Assembly (NCBI GenBank): GCA_965219415.1
Contig: CBDCNP010000002.1
Span: forward strand, 3,296,001 to 3,360,000
Length of the DNA: 64,000 nt
Source of the DNA: Candidatus Marinacidobacterales bacterium
Lineage (GTDB): Bacteria; Acidobacteriota; Vicinamibacteria; Marinacidobacterales; DATDRI01
Direction of reading: 5' to 3'
Of the stretch, positions 63,030-64,000 are shown one piece after another. Position 1 is the stretch's first letter, and every line of letters begins with the position of its first letter. The notes beneath the pieces were generated by a model. The model was not told the origin of the DNA and made no database searches. It was given only the letters and a program-made list of their open reading frames with translations. The translations under genes and the position numbers were made by a program.

Positions 63030-64000
63030 ATGCTTACCCGTAAGCAGTTCCTCGAGCTTTCTAGCCGCGCCGCGATGGGTGCGGCCGCCTACTCCGCTTT
63101 TCCGTTGGTGACCAACCCCGCTTACGCACAAGATGTCCTGAGCTCGGAAGCCGTCCGCCGTGCCCATCGGTATCTCGCGGAGCACAAAGAGGAGCACATC
63201 GCCAAACTACAGGCCGACCTGCGGCAGGCCTCGGTGAGCTCCTGGAACATGGGTATCCGTGAGATGGCGGATCGGATGGTGGAATCTCTGCGCGCGCTCG
63301 GTTGCCAGGAAGTGAAGTTGATCGAAACAAAAGGATACCCTGGGATCTGGGCCTATTACGACGCCGGAGCTCCCAAGACCGTCGTGACCTACATGATGTA
63401 CGACACGCAACCCTTCGAGAAGGAGCGGTGGATGGCAGATCCCTTGGCTGCGGAAAGAATGCCGATGGATCCCTTCGAGGAGATCATCCTCGCTCGCGGC
63501 GCGTTCAACTCCAAAGGCCCGAACCGCTTCTTCTTGAACGCTTGTGAGGCCATCCTCGCCAGCGGCGGTGAGCTCCCGGTCAACATCATGTTCACCTGCG
63601 ACGGTGAAGAGGAGCAGGGTTCTCCCAACTTCCACGAAGTGCTTGACCCCTACCGCGAACGGTTGAAGACGGCGGACGCGATGCTCCAGGCCGGCCCCGG
63701 GCAGCAGCCGGACGGTTCGGTAGAGATGCGTCTCGGGACCAAGGGCATTCTCTATCTCGAGCTCGAGGTGAGCGGAGCGAAATGGGGGCGTGGCCCGCAA
63801 AAGATGCCGATCCACTCCAGCCGCAAGGCGGTTCTGGACAGTCCGGTCTGGCGGTTGGTGGAAGCCTTGCGCAGCATGTACGACCCGTCGGAGAACAAGA
63901 TTCTAATCGATGGCTGGCATGACGACATCCGCCCCCCAAACGAAGAAGAGTTGATGCTCTACAACGAGCTCGTCGCCACGCATCCCGAGCGACTGTTCGT
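63030..64000 (+). CDS. M20-family metallopeptidase with Tat-like signal (partial, runs off the window)
   Basis: MLTRKQFL signal; YMMYDTQP, ARGAFNSKGP, DGEEEQGS, IHS. Confidence 0.85.
   Translation, partial: MLTRKQFLELSSRAAMGAAAYSAFPLVTNPAYAQDVLSSEAVRRAHRYLAEHKEEHIAKLQADLRQASVSSWNMGIREMADRMVESLRALGCQEVKLIETKGYPGIWAYYDAGAPKTVVTYMMYDTQPFEKERWMADPLAAERMPMDPFEEIILARGAFNSKGPNRFFLNACEAILASGGELPVNIMFTCDGEEEQGSPNFHEVLDPYRERLKTADAMLQAGPGQQPDGSVEMRLGTKGILYLELEVSGAKWGRGPQKMPIHSSRKAVLDSPVWRLVEALRSMYDPSENKILIDGWHDDIRPPNEEELMLYNELVATHPERLF

Overview
The window has two parts. Bases 1-32,442 are an extreme mobile-element mosaic. It holds three apparently identical 1,445-bp IS110/IS1111 elements, an IS1-family element with derived MITEs, IS3, IS6, IS256 and IS481-like pieces, and many short genes or gene fragments welded together at IS ends without target-site duplications. 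Bases ~32,443-64,000 look like ordinary chromosome, probably Acidobacteriota (inferred from an ADOP-type permease fragment, kinase-PD40 fusions and a REP-like repeat). This part contains a thiolase/OB-fold/aminotransferase/CoA-ligase operon split by an IS5/ISNCY-like element, tetR-trxA-panE-phzF-moaA, a bufferin-type MNIO RiPP cluster with yceI, wzm-wzt-rfaE2-mfd-PPIase-PPIase-rqcP-dusB, and an M20 peptidase. The best finding is that the IS1111 bridge (seek) RNA can be decoded by eye. Its target loop matches TAGCAA-CA-CTT, the stop codon plus inner right TIR of the co-resident IS1-family element. Its donor loop matches the element's own circle junction. Three filled and two empty target sites are present in the window. 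One copy carries a tandem duplication of exactly the RNA-encoding end. Many single-base frameshifts occur; pseudogenisation cannot be separated from assembly error without reads.
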